From Ginglymostoma cirratum (taxonomy: Eukaryota), in the NCBI GenBank assembly GCA_024137785.1, contig JAHRHZ010000084.1:7031573-7095572 (forward strand): a stretch of DNA of 64,000 bases. The letters are read 5' to 3'. Made by a program: the position numbers and the translations under genes. This document shows positions 8,761 through 22,764 of this stretch, in pieces. Under the pieces are notes generated by a model that was not told where the DNA came from, searched no databases, and saw only the letters and a program-made list of their open reading frames with translations. Each line of letters begins with the position of its first letter. Positions within the stretch are counted from its first letter, which is position 1.

Positions 8761-11319
8761 AAGCATAAATCAAAAGGTCATGTCCATAGGTGTCTGTGGG
8801 TTGTTCTGTGAAAGTTGCGGGAGCGAACTGCGTTGTCCAGCCAACTTGCTCCGGACTGTGCTGCCTCCAAACAGCAGACGTTCACAGTCAATGCTTCACA
8901 AAAGTCGCACGTACGAGAATACCCCCCACCCCCACCCAACTTGGCGCTTCCCCAAATACCTACTAACTTTACCAACAAACACCACGTCACCGTCTGCCAA
9001 TTGGCCTCCAGCGATCTCAGGGTGGAGGGTTTAAATGTAGACCTCGCAAAACATCCAAGCAACCCCTTCATCAAACGCGTACACTCATCCGTTTCCCTCT
9101 CTCACCAACGCACTGTATGCCCAAAGGAGAATTGGTTTGATTTGCCGATTGAAAGGGAAGTAATTCCCACAATGACGGTAGTTCCGGGACTTAGTGGTTA
9201 CTCAGACTTACTACTTTCACATTCACTGTTTTAATGCCTTGTGCAATGTACAGCGCCAGAAGCATGGTCATTCGGGCAAACCAACCCACGTATTTATGCT
9301 CCATCCAAACTTTCCAAACCTATTGAAATAAAATGCTCTTACATTTGCCTCCGTCCACTTAAATAGGTTTTCCTCTAAAATGTATCAGTTCCATTCGCCT
9401 CAATTACTCCACTGTCTAGATCAAGAGCTTTCTCCTGAGTGACCTGTCAAATTTAGCATTCAGGATCTCATACTTACGCCTTCTGGACCAGCTCGCCCCA
9501 CAAGTGTAAATGTATTCTGAAGTAATCTTAAACTTATTGATTTTAATCGTTAATTATGTCACGCCTCAGCCTTCACAAAAGTCGTTGATGCAAGATCACG
9601 ACTTCCTTGAAATATAAAGCGCGTCCGGCAATGAGAAGCGTTAGGAAAATGTCACTGAAACGTAACCGGAAGAAAAATCTCTCAAAGACGAATCAAATGA
9701 ATCAGTGTTAACAATTACAGAATTTCCAACGATGAAACGTCTGCAAACAATTTTCAACTAATCTCAGTAAAACCAAGCGGTGAAATAGGAAGGCAAACAT
9801 CAAACTGATCTTTTCTTTCCAGATCCTCACTGACGTCTCCGGTACCCCCTGCAATTTCCACTCATTTCCAATATCCAGCAATTGCATTTCTCATTTCAAT
9901 TTTTGCACTAATTCGAGTGCGATATTGAGCTTGTCAGAGTCTGCTGAGTGTATGTTAGGACAGAATGTTGGAATCCCAATCCAATGTCCCTCTATTTTTT
10001 AGCCTTCCAATATCAAAGTATTTCTTAAACAAAGCAGTCCACAGTAATTCTCTGTAACAGAAGCGAAATGGGAATACCTGAGAGTTCTCAACTCTCCCAT
10101 ATTGCTCTGAAGTTTTGCAACTATTGAAGGATCACTTCCTGGATACTGCCAAAAGTGATGGCTGAGGGGACAAAGACGTTTCTTTCCCAAGTTTCCTCAT
10201 TATATTGTATATTCGTTAAAGAAATATTGCAAAAGTGGAAAATAGGCTTTTTTAATGGGGTGTACGAAGATTGCATGATGAAGCCTACTGGAATAGATCT
10301 AACCAAAGTTGGCAACTCTTACAACTTGAACCTATTTAAATAAATAGTTTCACGTTAGATACATTAAGTATGAGGGAGAAGGAAATAGAAGGATCTGGTG
10401 ATAGTGAGATGAATTAATGGGGGGAGATACCTGTGGAGCATTGATCTGTGGACAAAATGACATGTTCCAGGTCCAGAAATTGCGTTTAACACCAAGATAT
10501 CCAAAGAATTCTGATGGGCTATTAGACATTGCTCAGTCAGCACAGTTGCTTTCAATAGTCAATTGTAGCAGGCAGCACTGTCTTCAGCATGGAGACAAGT
10601 GTTCAGCAATAGGGTCTATCACAGTCAGCAACACGGATAATTAAACATCACTATGTTCAAATCTTCCTCTGCCAACAAAAAAAAACAAATGGAGGAAGCA
10701 AATCCAAAGAAAGATTTGGACAATATAATAGGAACAAAAAGAACATGGTCTGACCAACAGCCGGACATAACCAAAACATAGGTCCTGGAAACAACACTGA
10801 AAATGAAACAAATTGCCCAACATGTCTCTTACATCACAGTGTCTCAGCACAGTCTGAAGTTAAAGCCATGATCGGGGAGGTTTGGTTTCCATCAAAATTA
10901 CATAGAAAGAAACAACTTTGGTGTGAAGTAGGTTCAAGAATGTAACCTTTAAGTATTTTCTTCAAATTCCATAAGTTGATGGGGTAAACATTGTATTATG
11001 TCATTAACTATAAGAATCATTTATGAAATTAAATTGTGCAATCATAATTTAACTCCTAGTTCAAAGCACAAACCAAAGTTTGTCACGTGTGGTACTGTTG
11101 ATCACACTAACAAATGGTTGATGCATTACAGTGTAAAATGGTATTCTAAGCATAAGGCATGCTGTTCATAAGGTCAATACAAATAAAAGTAATTAGTCCA
11201 TCTTAGCCTGTAGACATCCAGAGAGGCATAACGATCCTCCAATCAAGCTAACCAATTGAGTTCTAAATTAAATGGGTTTCAGCATACTGTCCATAGAATA
11301 TTATACAAAAACACCAAAA

Positions 11320-11570
11320 AGTGTGCAATGTTTAGCATCCTGAAGACATTGCAAAGCACCTCAAGAGCAATTATATTTTGAAATATATTTCAATCATGGA
11401 AATAAACAACACATTGATTTGGTTTTAGAGGTGTTGGATGGCTGAGGGTTAAATTTTGACCAAGATGTGGGGAAAACTCCCTTACTTTAAATATTTGAAC
11501 ATGGTGCCAGGATCCCCAAAATGCAGATGGAGCTCTGGTTTAATATTTCATTCAAAAGAAAATGGCCACA
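11320..11570 (-). mobile_element. Old SacSINE1/Deu-type SINE fragment
   Basis: gagggttaaattttgaccaagat..aaaactccc..ggtgccaggatc resembles the reverse Deu domain. Confidence 0.5.
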
Positions 11571-12049
11571 AAATTCAGTTATGATTCATTTTTTTTTCCA
11601 ATGCCATGTGTGCCCTTTGGTGGCACATGTGCTCTTCCAATGCAGCCCATGCCAAACAATATTTTGGTGATGCTATTAGCAATGGCTTTCACAGATAGAT
11701 AGATCATGGCATCAATCAGCATCAAGTATCAGTTTTGACCTCAAGGCTTCAATACAATGCCCATTCTTAACCTCACACAGTTGAACATGTGTTCAGGAAT
11801 AGAAAGGATCCTCAACAGCAGTATTCAAAGCAATCAGCTATTTTTAGCTATTTTTACATTAATTGCTGACTGAATCTTCTATTTGTTGCTGACTTACTAG
11901 AAGTGGTTCATGGTTTACACAGTTACATAAAGTTGGTGAGTCCACTGAGATGGATAGGGCACATGGTGAAGGCCTTTGTTCTCCCTTCAAGAATTTTATT
12001 CAGGCGATATGCTCCTGACATGACAGGAGAATCAGCAGAAATGGAACAG

Positions 12050-12310
12050 GGGAAGACTAGCTGAAGAGTCAGATGAAGGAGGAGAGGGAGAAGTCCACCT
12101 CATCTTCAGGGAACACTATTCTTAACAAAATGTCACTGAGGAGGAGTGTGGACAATACCTTCATTTTTTTCAAGAAAGTGCTCACAGCAGTCAGGTGTCT
12201 CCTGTAAGCAGACCAGAAACTTCAGAGCAGGCATGAAAGGCATTGTCAGTGGCCATGGCCATGAATGTCACACAGCAGGATCCTTCAGAATAAAGCAGAC
12301 AAAAGCTTTA
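12050..12310 (+). mobile_element. Degenerate Harbinger/PIF (HARBI1-like) transposase relic
   Basis: Frameshifted remnants resembling FREHYS, EEEC..LHF, VAMNV..AGSF. Confidence 0.35.
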
Positions 12311-12749
12311 CCATCTCCTCATTTGTCTTCAATTGCTGTGCAAGAGTGGTGATTGATACCCATAATGCCAGGTGAAGGTGATAAATAACATTCTTTCGTA
12401 CCAGATCAGAGCAGGTTCAGCATTTAAGCCAGCAGACCAAACCAAAGGATCACTCCTGGCAAAAGAGAAAAATCTACTGATGACCTGTCTCTTGGTTCTG
12501 GAATGCAATGCAACCAAGTGTTAACGGTATTGAACAATACTTTTAGAAGAAAGATGGCTGAGTAAACCATGAGATGCCTCAAGCAATACATTACTGTACC
12601 AACACTACTTTGTAGGAGCCCTGCAGTACTCACCTAAACACATCATGATTGGCCCACTCACATCCGTGACTCCTCTGAAACTTTACATCAATTTCAGAAT
12701 TATCAATTTGTGGGCTTCAACTGCCTTCTTTTTACCATGGACCTGCAAT

Positions 12750-14250
12750 TCCTTTACACATCCATCCCCCACCAGGATGGTTTCAGGGTTCTCCACGTAT
12801 TCCTGGAATAAAGGCCTGAACCATTCCTATCCACCACCAGTCTCCTCTACCCAGCCAAGCTCGTCCTCACCCTGAACAGTTTCTTTTAACTCCACTCACT
12901 TTCTTCAGGTCAGAGAGTTGGCCATGGGTACCTGCATAGCCCAGTTATGCCTGTCTTTTTGTGGGATACGTGGAACATTCCTTGTTCCAGTCCTATTCCA
13001 CACCCACCCACAACTTTTTTTTTCCCCAGTGTATCAATGATATCATTGGTGCTGCTTCCCTCTCTCATCCAAAACTGGAAAACTTTTATCAATTTTGCCT
13101 TCAATTTTCACCCCACACCCCTTCATCTGGTCCATCTCTGACTGCTCCATTCCCTTTCTTGACTCAGTTGAGGATTCCCCAGCACCGTTGTTGACAGGGC
13201 CCTCAGTCGGGTCCAACACATCTCCCACACTTTGGCCCTAAACCCCTCTCTTCCCTCCCGCAACAGCGAGAGAGACCCCCTTGCCCTCACCTACCATCCC
13301 ACTAGCATCCACATCCAGAGGATCATTAGTTGCTATTTTCACCACTGCCAGTAAGATGCAACCACCAGACACATACTCCCTTCCCCTCCATTATCACCTT
13401 CTGCAGAATTGTACCCCCCAGGACACCCTGGTCCACTCTTCCATCACACTCCCACAGCCTCATGGCACCTTCCCCTGTAATTGCAGAAGGTGTAACACTT
13501 GTCTGTTCATTTCTTCCCACCTCAATATCTAAGGACCCAAACATACTTCACAGTTGACGCAACACTTCACTTGCACTCCACACAACCTAGTTTACTGCAT
13601 TCACTGCTCACAATGTGGTCTCTTCTATGTTGGGGAAACGAAGCGTAGACTTTGTAACCGCTTTGCAGAACCAATGTTCTACCCACAAAATAGAACCTGA
13701 GCTTCCAGTTGCCTGGCATTTCAACACGCCACGCCATGCCCCAGACAACATCTCTGTCTCAAGCTTGCTGCAGTGCTTCACCAAAGCTCAGCACGAGCTG
13801 GAAGAACGGCACCTCATTTTTTTTGCTCGGGGAGCCTGTAGCCTTCTGGGTTCAATATAGAGTTCAATAACTTTATGGCTTGAGCTGTCCCTTGTCCTTA
13901 CCCCAACCCCAACTCCAACTCACTAGGCCTTCTTACCACATCATCTGCTATTACACACAATCCATTGTTAGCCACTAATAGTCACCATTAATAGCTATTC
14001 ACACTCCTACCCAGGTTGCTGTCAATTCTTTGTCTGTCCAACTGTTCTTTTCTCTCCTGGGGCTCTATCCCTACCTATTCTTTACTCCGTACACCCTCCC
14101 TACATCCTATTTTCTGCATAAAAACTGACAGTTTCCTAGCTACCAGCAGTTCTGAAGAAGGATCAATCGACCCGAAATGTCAACTCTCATTTCTTTCCAC
14201 AGATGCTGCTAGACCTGCTGAGCTTTTCCAGCAACTTTTGTGTTTGGTTA
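12750..14250 (+). mobile_element. Degenerate Penelope-like retroelement (RT plus GIY-YIG plus pLTR)
   Basis: AMGT and (I)NDIIG RT remnants, CNCRRCNTC knuckle, NLVYCIHCSQCGLFYVGETKR GIY-YIG-like segment, terminal ctgaagaagg..cccgaaatgtc. Confidence 0.8.
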
Positions 14251-15409
14251 TGTTTTGCAGTGGTCTGTGGTATCCCACCTAAGCTCTCACCATGGTAAGA
14301 GATGGTATAACACTCTTCTGGAGCTGGTAGTGAACTTGTGTCTCCTGGTTCAGAGATCCGAATACTACAATTATGCCACAAGATTCCCAGAAGGAAACAA
14401 TATATCTCCCTTCTGTCCAGGCTGTGAATCATTGTCTCATCAGACTGCAGCTCCAATGAACACAGCCTAAATTTAACATTCAACAAAATTGCCATAGCTG
14501 GCTTTTCTTTTCCATCATTGATCCATTACAACATCTTCCTAGCCATAATGGTAAAATAGAAGCTATAACAAAGCAATGATTCCAAGCCATTTTTATCCAA
14601 TTATCCATCCAACATTTCATTTAAAAAATTGCCTTGTGTATTACTACTCAAAAATGGTTTCACTAACTTGGACTTGGGTCTGTAATTTTAGGAATTTCCA
14701 GACTTGAAAAAAAAAATCCTGTTGAATCTCTCACTTTTTTCCTTGGTTAAATAAATTAGCCCTTTTTTGCTGATTCATTGACGAGATGACTGAGAGAATC
14801 TAAGGCAATAATGGACCATTTATCTTTCCTCAGATACTCCCATATACAAATCCCAGTGTTCATCCAGCTTTGCCTTCCATCCAGCATTGGCAATCAGTCA
14901 AAAAATCATCTGACTGTCCTCATCTTACAACTATTAAAGAAGGTGACATGCCTCATGGCAAAAAAAAAAGAGCCAAAGCTGTCAGTAAAACTACTTGTTG
15001 AGCAAGGATCTCTCAACGTGTACAATAATTAGAAGAGTAGATTATGCAGCTCCTTGACTGTGACAGTCTTGTCAGTTACAGCCTTAAGACAATGACTCTT
15101 AGATGCCCATTCAGAAAGATCACGGCTGAGCTTTCACACAAAATCCACATTCCCATTCTATTCCCAGAGCAACTGATTTCCTTAGTACTCAAACATTTTT
15201 TTATTTTCAGTCTTGAATGTATTCAACAATTGAATATCCAGAGGCCTCTAATAATGATGCAAAGCTTACTAAGGGTTTCAGATGCTACAGCAAATATGTA
15301 AATACCCTTCAAAATAACCTAACAAAATTAAGGAGAAAGAAAGTAATTTCATTGTGGCAGTCAACTGCCAAGAGAAAAACATTTCTCATTTCAATTCTCA
15401 TTGGCTGAC

Positions 15410-15745
15410 CTCTTCTTCTCTGACTATGAGTTTAGAAGAGTAAGAGGCAACTTGATTAAATCACACAAGATCCTGGCAGGCTTGATCAGGTGCATGTGAA
15501 AAGAACGTTGCCTTTCTGGAAGTAGTGGTCACTTTCAAAATAAGGGCACATCCCCATTTAAAACATAGATAAGGAGAATGTTTTCTCAGAGTCGTGAGTC
15601 TTCAGAATTCTTTTCCTCAAAACGCAAGTGGAGCAGAGTTGAGGAAAGTGAAGATAGGCAAGAATTTAGAGTAATCAGATCAATCATGATTTTATTCAAT
15701 GGCAGAGCAGGCTAGACAGGTCAATTGCCTTACCCCTGTTCTTAA
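15410..15745 (+). mobile_element. Degenerate CR1 3' fragment
   Basis: gagtttagaagagtaagaggcaacttgatt (EFRR.RG.LI) and tail. Confidence 0.6.
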
Positions 15746-16681
15746 TTTATGTTGACATAACCAAGAATTTCAAAAGTTTCAATGAAAACACCCGCAATTT
15801 TTAAACTTGAGAATATAGGACAAGTTTAAACATCTTGGCTCATGGAATTAACTCTCATCTCAGGAATCAATCCAGTGAATCTTTAAGACAAATATTTCCT
15901 TCATTGGGTCACCAAATACTTCAGGTGTGATCACACCAATGCCCTGTAAGACTGCAACAAATGTCTTTACTCTTGCAATATTATAATCCCTCTTGAAATG
16001 CTTATTCTGTCTCTTGTTGTGTAGATGCTTCCATTCCTTCAAGAATCATAATTATTTGGTTAAAGTGATTTTTCTTTAACTAAAGTTGACCACCACAGCA
16101 AAATTACTTTCTTCCTCTTTAATAGGTGATTTTGTTCGGTTATTTTGAAGGGTATTTATTTATTTACTGTCACATCTCAAACCATCAGTAAGCTTTGCAT
16201 CATAATTGAATAAATCCTATTTAATAAAGAACAAATAAATAAAAGAAAGCTAGGTCATTGATCTGTTTTCTAAAACAAATAGATTAATATGTACCACTGG
16301 CTTTATCAAAAATTGGGCAAAATGTTTCCTCACATATGTTGTGATCAACTGAGTAGTGGGACTAATGAGAAACAGTGCAGTCCTCCCAGCTCAGCTGTAA
16401 CACTGTAGTATGTCTTGTGGTCACTCTCGGTCTGTAACAATCTCTACTCAGAAAACTACTCTCTCAATCATGAGCTACGTATCAACCTGGTTTTCAGTGT
16501 GTGTCGATAGTTAATTTGATAATTCATTTTTGCAAAGGACGAAAGCGAGAAAGGAGTAGCAGCAACATCAAGACTCCTTGAACAGGCAATTATCTTTTTT
16601 TCTACAGCCTAGTTAGATGCAAAGAAATTATTTGAATTCCCAACCTCAGAATTGTCAATCATCTTACACATTGGTGAGATT

Positions 16682-16687
16682 TTTATT
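16682..16687 (-). terminator. Candidate OGFOD1 polyadenylation signal (AATAAA); a more proximal ATTAAA lies at 17455-17460
   Basis: First canonical hexamer I found downstream of the stop on the minus strand. No transcript evidence. Confidence 0.3.
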
Positions 16688-16789
16688 ACACAGTCCAATT
16701 ATTTTTTCTGCTCCCCGAATGAGGCCATCAACTTATATTTAATGAATACCTAATATTTGATGTGGAGAAAGTAAAGCTGTCATAGTCCC

Positions 16790-16990
16790 AGAATACCACA
16801 GGTCTGCTCTTTCATTTAAGAGATGACAGATGGTGGATTTAACCTGAAGATCACCATATCTCAAGTGAGGGAGAGGTTGAGAAGTCAAGATCCTCAAGGC
16901 AAACTCAGCCAGTATGAGAATTGAACCTGCAATGTTGCTGTCACTCATCATCACAAACCAGCCATCCAACCAACTGAGCTAACCAACCTG
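16790..16990 (-). mobile_element. tRNA-derived SINE downstream of the OGFOD1 stop (related copies about 28775-28960 + and 38150-38320 +)
   Basis: Minus strand reads ggttagctcagttggttggatggctggt...ggttcaattc (A/B boxes). Confidence 0.6.
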
Positions 16991-17727
16991 CATAATAGAA
17001 TGCCGAATAAAACAAAGATGCACTATTGCCTTCCTACTCACATGCCTTCCAGCAACCTGCTTCCAAGCAAAAGTGGCTGAGGAATAGTAATAAATGACCT
17101 ATCCTCTGTCTCAGCTAAGGGGCATGGAAGAAATTCAGAAAAAATAAATATTAACTGAAGGAAACACCAGACAATGTACCAGAATAACTCTCAGGATTAT
17201 TCCATAATTACATATGCAAGCACACACTAAAATCTACACCTGTCAGACCAAGGAATTACTCTACTGCCACATTCAGTCGACAAAGTGTTTGAAATTTAGA
17301 GAACACCACCACAAGAAGCTTCCAGCTGGCAAAATGAAGATGGATGATCATGAACAGTAGCTATTAGCAGAAAGATAAGGGAAATTTAAGGCTTAAGTCA
17401 TGATTACTACAGAAATGTTTTTAAGTTAGCAAATTACAACTAGTCCAAGAACATTTTAATTACTGTTACGGCAGATTGATAAGGCAACTGAGACTCAAAA
17501 AATTTCTGCCAAGCCAAGTAAGTCTTTTAACGAATGAACAAACAAAGCCACTGTCAGCCAATGAGAACTGCAGTAGTGATCTTACTGCCACCATCACATA
17601 TCTGATCTTAGCAGGTACTGGTGCGCATCCCAGAAAAGACTCGAACAGTACGGGTATATCATTTATCATTTTGATGCTTCATTTCATATTAGATTCAAAG
17701 GATTGGGTAGAAAATGCAGATGTGTCA

Positions 17728-17889
17728 TCATTCATAATACACAAAGGAAAAGTCCCAGAATCCCTTTGTCTCATGTGTCTTCTTGCACTGACTGATGCTT
17801 CGCTGGTTAATGTGTTTCACAAACTTTAGTGTTTCTTTATCTCGGTAGATCAAGGCCAACGAGTTGTCTTCTGGGCAAAGGGTAAGTAA
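17728..17889 (-). CDS. OGFOD1: OGFOD1 exon 13 (terminal coding exon)
   Basis: [30 protein letters not shown]...[11 protein letters not shown] followed by TGA TGA, matching the OGFOD1 C-terminus. Confidence 0.96.
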   Translation of the reverse strand, partial: LLTLCPEDNSLALIYRDKETLKFVKHINQRSISQCKKTHETKGFWDFSFVYYE

Positions 17890-18504
17890 CTGAAATGCAA
17901 CAGAAACCGTTAACAAGGCTTTTAATTGAGTTGCCACTTAATTTCTTCTTTTCCTCTTCAATTCACTACCTTTTCATACTTCATCTCCGGTCAATATGAG
18001 AGGCATATGACAACTCAGAGCCTTTGATATTTTGCTAACAGTTAGTATCTTGCTGGCATGGGCACTGAGACCGTCCTGGATGTCCCACATTTTGCATCTT
18101 CACCTTACTGGAGTACTAATCCTTCATTTTCTATATGTCGGTGGCATGGTTCCACTCTCCGCCATTTAGCTAAAACTAGAAATCTAATGTACCGATAATA
18201 AGATTTAGAATCTTGCAGCACAGCGCAGGGATGAGTTTGGTGTACTTCAGGGCACCCACTCCTCCAACCCAAACGTACCACTGATGTTGTAAGGTCCTTC
18301 GTGCAAGTCCACGTTCTCCACTTGAGGGGACAGGTATATCACCACCAATTGTTTGTGTTATGCATTCGTTAGCTGCATTGCAGTTCCCATCGCAAATGGA
18401 AAAATGCAGAATAACTTTACTCACAGAGGTCTGTCTTTAGCTAATACTGGGTGTTACTTGGGCAACCAGTCTATTTAGGCTTATTAAAATTTTGTGTCAA
18501 ATAC

Positions 18505-19800
18505 AATCTATTATTTGTGATAGAGAGCATGGTTTTATGTCAGGGAGGTCATGCCTCAATAACTTGATTGAGATTTTGAGGAGGTGATGAAGATGAATGA
18601 TGAGGGGAAAGCTGTTGTATTGCCTACATGGACTTCAGTGAATCTTTGACAAGGTCCCATGGCAGACTGGTACAAAAGGTGAAGTCGCATGGTATCGGGG
18701 TGAACTGGCAAGGTGGATACAGAACTGGCTTAGTCAAAGGACACAGAGGGTAGCGGGTAAGGATGTTTTTCAGAATGGAGGGTTGTGACAAGTGGTGTTG
18801 CACAGGGAACACAGCTGGGGGTGGGGCCTCTGCTGTTCGTGGTCTACATAAATGATTTGGAGGAAAATGTGGCTGATCTAATTAGTAAGTCTGCGGATGA
18901 TACAAAGATTGGCGGAGTTGTGGACAGTGAGGAGAACTGTCAGAGGATACAGCAGGATACAGATCAATTGGAGGCATGGGCAGAAAAATGGCAGATGGAA
19001 TTTAATCCGGACAAATGCGAGGTGATCCATTTTGGAAGGTCAAGTACAGGTGGGAATTATACAGTGAATGGTAGAACCCTTAGGAGTATTGATATGCAGA
19101 GTATTGTGTGCAGGTCCACAGATGGTGGCAGCGCAGGTAGATGTGGTAGAAAAAAATGTCTATGGCATGCTTGCCTTCAATGGAAAGGGCATTGAGTATA
19201 AGGATAGACAAATTATGCTGCAGCTTTATAGAACTTTAGTTGGGCCACACTTAGAATATTGCAGACAGTTCTGGTTACCGTACCATCAGAAGGATGTGGA
19301 TGCTTTGGAGAGGGTACAGAAAAGCTTTACCTGGACGTTGCCCAATATGGGAGATTTTAGCTCTGAACAAAGGTTGGCTAGACGAGGTTTGTTTTCACTG
19401 GAATGCAGGAGGTTGAGGGACGACCTAAGAGAATTTTATAAGATTATTAAAGGCATGGATAGAGTGGAAAGTGTGAGGCTTTTTCCTAGGATGGAGGGGT
19501 CAATTACTGGGGGACACAGGTTCAAGGTGCGAGGAGGGGGTGAGTTTAAAAGAGATGTGCAAGGCCAGTTTTTTACACAAAGGGTGCTGAGTGCCTGGAA
19601 CACGCCGCCAGAGGTGGTGGTCGAAGCAGACACAATAGCAGCATTCAAGAATCACCTGGTCGAATATATGAATAGGAAGGGAATAGAGGGATACAGATCC
19701 TCTGAGTGAAGACAGTTTTAATATAGAAGGGCAAAATACGTCGGCGCAGGCTTGGACAGCTGATGGGCCTGTTTCTGTGCTGTACTGTTCTTTGTTCTCA
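18505..19800 (+). mobile_element. CR1 LINE, RT and C-terminal ORF2 with 3' UTR, frameshifted
   Basis: ORFs 18785-19195 (GVAQGT..GPLLFVVYINDL..SADDTK..WQMEFNPDKC) and 19068-19709. Confidence 0.92.
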
Positions 19801-20024
19801 TACAAGTACACAGAGAAAGGTAACGAAATAATCTATTTTGGACGTCCAATCACCTAGGTTAGCATTTCCCTTGGATTACTATTGGATTATTTTATAACTT
19901 CATCAATCTCACCATTTCACCATCATCTCCCACATGAGATGTAGGGTACTCCAGGCAAGTATCCATGCAATACTAAAGGTCTACTGCTCATGACAGGAGC
20001 TGTTTTCTGACTATCTTCCCAGGT

Positions 20025-20275
20025 ACATATAAAAGACCTCATTGTAATATTTTGAAAAACAGCAGGAGAGTTCTCCACAGAGTTCTGGCAAATATTTACC
20101 CCTCAATGAAAATTGCTACATCTGGCTGTAGTCACTGCCATTTTTAGAAACTGCTGTACACAAATAGGTTGCTAAGTTTTCCTGCATTATAATAGTCAAT
20201 TCCACTAAAAATCACTTCATTGATTGTAAAGGGCTACAGGGCATCCAGAGATCATAAACTTAGTTAATTATAAGT
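20025..20275 (+). mobile_element. SacSINE1/Deu-type SINE fragment
   Basis: agcaggagagttctcc..ctggcaaatatttaccc..gctgtacacaaataggttgct..cttcattgattgtaaag. A related 3' part is at about 43040-43160. Confidence 0.6.
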
Positions 20276-20323
20276 TATTACTTTTTCTTAGCTGATTTGA
20301 AATTCAATAAACATACAGCATAC

Positions 20324-20382
20324 CTCCTCATCTTCTTCCTTAGCGACGTATGAAGTAACACCACCAAATTCCTCATTCCAGC
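20324..20382 (-). CDS. OGFOD1: OGFOD1 exon 12
   Basis: GWNEEFGGVTSYVAKEEDEE, 59 nt. Confidence 0.94.
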
Positions 20383-20439
20383 CTGAAACAAAGAAAAAGA
20401 TGCATGGTGACCTTCCGAATCAGCTTCCTTTTTGATGCC

Positions 20440-21590
20440 TTGTTTTCCTCCAAGGACATAGGAAGAAGCATAGAACCCACTGAGCTTGCTACACCATTCA
20501 ATACAATGACAGCGAATCAAATATTTCAGTACCTCTTACCATTCCATCCCTATGTGTAATCAGAAATTGAAGGAACCCTATGTTAAACATACTCAAACAC
20601 TGAGCTTCCACAGTGATCTGTGGTAAAGAATTCCAAAGATTCACCATTCTCTGGGTCCACATCCTGGACCCAAGCAGCATTCCTCTTTTTTTTTTAAATT
20701 GTGCTTACTGGTTCTGAACTCCCCAGCCAAATGAAACATCTTACCTGCATCTACCTTGTCCATTCGTTTAAGTATTTTGTCGGCTTCAATGAGATCACCG
20801 CTTGTTCTGCAAAACCCTCAAGAATATAGACCCATCTTGCCCAATCTTTCTTCACAGGACAGTCCTTTACTGTGAACAACTGACCTTTTGTTGCATTCCC
20901 TCTGTGGCAATGATACATCCCCTGGCATGTGGAGACGAAAACAGCACACAATACTCTAAGTGGAGTCTCACCAACCTCCTCCAGAATTGAAGCAAGACTT
21001 CATTACTCCCATATACAAACCGTCTTTGCAAGCTTGGTTAACATTCTATTAGCCTTCCTAACAGATTGCTGCAGCTCCAAGTTAGCCTTCAGTAATTTGT
21101 GGACAGGATACCTAGATCCCATTGTATGTCTACACCTTCCAACCTTTTACCATTTAAATGACACTCTCTGTCTCTCCAAACAAAGTGGATAACCTCACAT
21201 TTTTCCACATTATATTCCACCTGCCATGGGTCTTGCCCATTCACTAAACCTATCCAAGTCCTCCTGAAGCTGATTTGCATCTTCTTCCCAACACACATTC
21301 TCTCTTAGTTTTGTATCCGCTCCAAATTAGGAAATATTACATTTGGTCCTAATCTCCAAATCATTAATACATATTGAGAACAGCTGATTCGAATCCTGAA
21401 CCTTGCTGTACTTACAAGTCACAGCATGCCATTGCAAGAATGATTCATTAATTCCGATTCTGTTTCTGCCTGTTAGTCAGTCTCTAATCCAGGCGAGTCC
21501 ATTACCTCCAAAGTCATTCTGAAAATCTATGTATACTATGTCCACCAACTCTCCTTTATCCATTTTGTTAGTAACATCTTCAAAAACAAA
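20440..21590 (-). mobile_element. Degenerate CR1 LINE
   Basis: WQVEYNVEKCEVIHF, TQRMVNLWNSLP remnants. Confidence 0.8.
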
Positions 21591-21744
21591 ACGACAACAT
21601 TGAACCAATCCTAAGTAAGAAATAATTTTATGTCATTGAGAGAGAGAGAGAAATTGGCTCTTTCAGTCATCTATGTATTACAGTGAGCACCATCTATCCT
21701 AAAAAGGTACCACAGCATTTCTAGCTAAGAGACCTCTCAGAAGT

Positions 21745-22250
21745 AGAACAGAACATAGAACAGTACAGCACAGCACAGGCACTTTGGCCCACCACGTTGT
21801 GCCGACCTATTATCTACTCTAAGATCAAACTAACCTGCTTACCCTTCATTTTACTATCATCCATATGCCTATCCAAGAGTCGCTTAAATGTCCTTAATGT
21901 ATCTGACTTTACTACCACAGCTGACAGTGCATTTCTTGCACCCACCACTCTCTGTGTAAAGAACCTACCTCTTTAAACTCCCCATACCTTCCTCCAATCA
22001 CGTTAAAATTATGCCCACTCGTGATAGTCATTTCTGCCATGGGAAAAAGTCTCTGGCTATCCACTCTATCCATGCCCCTCTTCATCTTGTACACCTCTAT
22101 CAAGTTGCCTCATCCTTCTTCGCTCCAATGAGAAAAGCCCTAGCTCCCTCACCTTTCCTAATACCACCTGCCCGCCATTCCAGGCAGCATCCTGGTAAAT
22201 CTCCTGTGCACTCTCTCTAAAGCTTCCACATCCTTCCTATAATCAGGCGA
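21745..22250 (-). mobile_element. CR1 LINE 3' end
   Basis: IEVYKMKRGMDRVDSQRLFPM, tail agaacatagaacagtacagcacag. Confidence 0.85.
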
Positions 22251-22256
22251 TGAAAT

Positions 22257-22764
22257 TGTGAAGTAATCACAGAGAAAATCATATCTGACAGCAGAATCAG
22301 CAGAAGAAAGGTGTTTGTGGCATAACCAAGAAGGCGGAGCATTCCAGAAGAGACAATATGTGTGAATTTAGAGAAATTAAGTTTTAATTTATTGTTGTCT
22401 TATTAATTGGGTTTATATCAGTGGGACTTGTGTTTGTTTGAACAGCATACCTTTAGGATTGTGTTTGATTCGGGATTAGTTCAGTTAAAGAACAATTAGC
22501 ATTTCAGGAAGAATTGTTCGGTTTGATAGTAATTCTAGTTTTTCACTGTTAGAGTTAGATGAAATAAATTGTTAATTTTACTCAAAGTAGAGATCAGGGA
22601 TTTTCTTTCTTTAACCAGTCATTAGCAGATTACGAGGGGAAAGGCTTCACTCCAAGTTTGGGGGTAATTTTTCAAAGGGAACCTCCGCTCCCATCATAAA
22701 ACACATTAGGACTTGTGTTTTGGTTTAATTATCAGAGCGGCTCAGCTATTCCTCCTCCGTAACA
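22257..22764 (+). mobile_element. Possible solo-LTR-like repeat
   Basis: Begins TGTG, internal AATAAA, ends CGTAACA. No TSD found. Confidence 0.3.

Noticed and set aside
18176-18424. Weak resemblance to a Harbinger transposase C-terminus (QTIG, GALKY, CCKILNL)
   Set aside because: Too degenerate to support without a profile search.
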